DNA from: Azolla caroliniana
Lineage: Eukaryota; Plantae; Polypodiophyta
Assembly (NCBI GenBank): GCA_043228905.1
Contig: JBHGNT010000052.1
Location: 62,001 to 126,000, forward strand
Direction of reading: 5' to 3'
DNA: 64,000 nucleotides
Shown here: positions 60,601 through 64,000 of the stretch, one piece after another
Layout of the letters: each line of letters opens with the position of its first letter
Numbering within the stretch: the stretch's first letter is position 1
Program-made: the position numbers and the translations under genes
Notes under the pieces: model-generated
Database searches by the model: none
Told to the model about the DNA's origin: nothing
Seen by the model: the letters and a program-made list of their open reading frames with translations, nothing else

Positions 60601-63600
60601 AGGAGGTAGAGGAGAAGAGCGCGTGAGTAAATTAAAATGTTCATACCTGGCTCGTGTGATATCGGTTATCTGTGTTCAAAGATGCGAATCGAAGCTAACA
60701 ACACTAGCTATAGAAAGGAATTAAAAATTCAAGATTTTGAAACTCAGGTCGAGCGATATGACGAAATTAGCAAATTTGAGGAGGCAGTGGAGAAGAGCGC
60801 GGGAGTAAATTAAAATGTTCATACCTATGTCGTATAATATCGGATTTCTGTGTTCAAACATGCGAATCGAAGCTAACAACACTAGCTATGGTATGAAATT
60901 TAAAAACCAAGATTTTGAAACTCAGGTCGAGAGACATTCCGAAATTAGCATATTTGAGGAGGTAGAGGAGAAGAGCGCGTGAGTAAATTAAAATGTTCAT
61001 ACCTGGCTCGTGTGATATCGGATTTTTGTGTTCAAACATGCAAATCGAAGCTAACAACTCTAGCTATGCTATAAATTAAAAAATCAAGATTTTGAAACTC
61101 AGGTCGAGAGACATCAAGAAATTAGCAAATTTGAAGAGGTCGTTCAGAAGAGCGCGGGAGTAAATTAAAATGTTCATACCTGGCTCGTGTGATATCGGAT
61201 ATCTGTGTTCAAACATGTGAATCGAAGCTAACAACACTAGCTATGATATGAAATTAGAAAACCAAGATTTTGAAACTCAGGTCGAGAGATATGACGAAAT
61301 TAGCAAATTTGAGGAGTGAGTGGAGGAGAGCTCGTAAGTAAATTTAAATGTTCATATCTGGGTCGTGTGATATCGGATTTCTGTGTTCAAACATGCGAAT
61401 CGAAGCTAACAATGCTAGCTTTGATATGGAATTAAAAAAACATGATTTGAAACTCAGGTCGAGAGACATGACGGCATTAGCATATTTGATTAGCATATTT
61501 GAGGAGGGAGTGGAGAAGAGTTCTTGAGTAAATTAAAATGTTCATACCTGGGTCGTGTGATATCGGATTTCTGTGTTCAAACATGCGAATCGAAGCTAAC
61601 AACGCTAGCTATAATATAGAATTAAAAATCCAAGATTTTGAAACTCCGGTCGAGAGACATGACGACATTAGCATATTTGAGGAGGGAGTGGAGCTCAGGT
61701 CGTGTGATATCAGATTTCTGTGTTCAAACATGTGAATCGAAGCTAACAACGCTAGCTATGATATAGAATTAAAAAATCAATATTTTGAAATTCAGGTCGA
61801 GAGACATGAAAAGATTAGCAAATTTGCGGAGGTCGTTGAGAAGAGCGCGGGAGTAAATTAAAATGTTCATACCTGGCTCTTGTGATATCGGATTTCCTTG
61901 TTCAAACATGCGAATCGAAGCTATCAACACTAGCTATGATATGGAATTAAAAATTCAAGATTTTGAAACGCACGTCGAGAGAAATGACGAAATTAGCAAA
62001 TTTGAGGAGGGAGTGGAGAAGACCGCAGGAGTAAATTATAATTTTCATACCTGGATCGTGTAATATCGGACTTCTGTGTTCAAGAATGCGAATCAAAGCT
62101 AATAACGCTAGCTATGATATAGAATTAAAAAATCAAGATTTTGAAATTCAGGTCGAGAGACATGAGAAAATTAGCAAATTTGAGGAGGTCGTTGAGAAGA
62201 GCGCGGGAGTAAATTAAAACGTTCATACCTGGCTCTTGTGATATCGGATATCTGTGTTCAAACATGCGAATCAAAGCTAACAACACTAGCTATGATATGG
62301 AATTAAAAATTCAACATTTTGAAACGCACGTCGAGAGAAATGACGAAATTAGCAAATTTGAGGAGGGAGTGGAGAAGACCGCAGGAGTAAATTATAATTT
62401 TCATACCTGGATCGTGTAATATCGGACTTCTGTGTTCAAGAATGCGAATCAAAGCTAATAACGCTAGCTATGATATAGAATTAAAAAATTAAGATTTTGA
62501 AATTCAGGTCGAGAGACATGAGAAAATTAGCAAATTTGAGGAGGTCGTTGAGAAGAGCGCGGGAGTAAATTGAAATGTTCATACCTGGCTCTTGTGATAT
62601 CGGATATCTGTGTTCAAACATGCGAATCGAAGCTAACAACACTAGCTATGATATGGAATTAAAAATTCAAGATTTTGAAACGAACGTCGAGAGAAATGAC
62701 GAAATTAGCAAATTTGAGGAGGGAGTGGAGAAGAGCGCAGGAGTAAATTATAATTTTCATACCTGGATCGTGTAATATCGGACTTCTGTGTTCAAGAATG
62801 CGAATCGAAGCTAAGAACGCTAGCTATGATATAGAATTAAAAAATCAAGATTTTGAAATTCAGGTCGAGAGACATCAGAAAATTAGCAAATTTAAGGAGG
62901 TCGTTGAGAAGAACACGGGAGTAAATTAAAATGTTCATACCTGGCTCTTGTGATATCGGATATCTGTGTTCAAACATGCGAATCGAAGCTAACAACACTA
63001 GCTATGATATGGAATTAAAAATTCAAGATTTTGAAACGGACGTCGAGAGAAATGACGAAATTAGCAAATTTGAGGAGGGAGTGGAGAAGAGCGCAGGAGT
63101 AAATTATAATGTTCATACCTGGATCGTGTGATATCGTATTTCTGTGTTCAAACATGCGAATCGAAGCTAACAACGCTAGCTATGATATAGAATTAAAAAA
63201 TCAATATTTTGAAATTCAGGTCGAGAGACATGAAAAGATTAGCAAATTTGCGGAGGTCGTTGAGAAGAGCTGTTGAGTAAATTGAAATGTTCATACCTGG
63301 CTCTTGTGATATCGGATATCTGTGTTCAAACATGCGAATCAAAGCTAACAACACTAGCTATGATATGGAATTAAAAATTCAAGATTTTGAAACGAACGTC
63401 GAGAGAAATGACGAAATTAGCAAATTTGAGGAGGGAGTGGAGAAGAGCGCAGGAGTAAATTATAATTTTCATACCTGGATCGTGTAATATCGGACTTCTG
63501 TGTTCAAGAATGCGAATCGAAGCTAAGAACGCTAGCTATGATATAGAATTAAAAAATCAAGATTTTGAAATTCAGGTCGAGAGACATCAGAAAATTAGCA

Positions 63601-64000
63601 AATTTAAGGAGGTCGTTGAGAAGAACACGGGAGTAAATTAAAATGTTCATACCTGGCTCTTGTGATATCGGATATCTGTGTTCAAACATGCGAATCGAAG
63701 CTAACAACACTAGCTATGATATGGAATTAAAAATTCAAGATTTTGAAACGGACGTCGAGAGACATGAAAAGATTAGCAAATTTGCGGAGGTCGTTGAGAA
63801 GAGCGCGGGACTAAATTAAAATGTTCATACCTGGCTCTTGTGATATCAGATATCTGTGTTTAAACATGCGAATCGAAGCTAACAACACTAGCTATGATAT
63901 GAAATTGAAAAACCAAGACTTTGAAACTGCGGTCGAGAGACATGACGAAATTAGCAAATTTGAGGAGTAAGTGGAGAAGAGCTTGTGAGTAAATTAAAAT
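57603..64000. repeat. 178-bp satellite, subfamily B
   Basis: Same backbone and orientation but consistent diagnostic differences: GAAGCTAACAAC, GCTAGCTATG, GAATTAAAAATTCAAG, AAATTAGCAAATTTGAGGAGGGAGTGGAGAAG. 356/712-bp higher-order periodicity after ~61700. Confidence 0.97.

Overview
Repeat-dominated eukaryotic DNA, very likely from a non-seed land plant (moss-like; this is an inference). It is probably (peri)centromeric. About 60% is a head-to-tail 178-bp satellite, all in one orientation: subfamily A at 1-6766, 22146-36947, 42357-44013 and 47944-54700, and a distinct subfamily B at 57603-64000. Five things interrupt it. (1) Nested LTR-retrotransposon relics at 6761-8886: a Copia 5' LTR, PBS and pseudo-gag inserted into a second LTR element. 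(2) A homogeneous 317/318-bp tandem array of about 34 copies at 9181-19931, with a 3174-bp 10-mer duplication. (3) A full-length Ty3/Gypsy chromovirus at 36948-42356 with TSD CCCGT, a self-priming-type PBS, heat-shock-element arrays and a tRNA-like A/B-box module in its LTR. (4) An endonuclease-lacking Penelope-like retroelement at about 44014-47943. It has a low-complexity ORF1 joined to the RT ORF by a canonical -1 frameshift signal, a type I hammerhead ribozyme in its 3' region, a CCCTAAA-rich tail and no TSD. This is the most interesting object in the window. (5) An island with the last two exons of an adenylosuccinate lyase gene followed by TTTAGGG repeats. The many 61-67 aa ORFs are repeat artefacts. 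All alignments and counts were done by eye.
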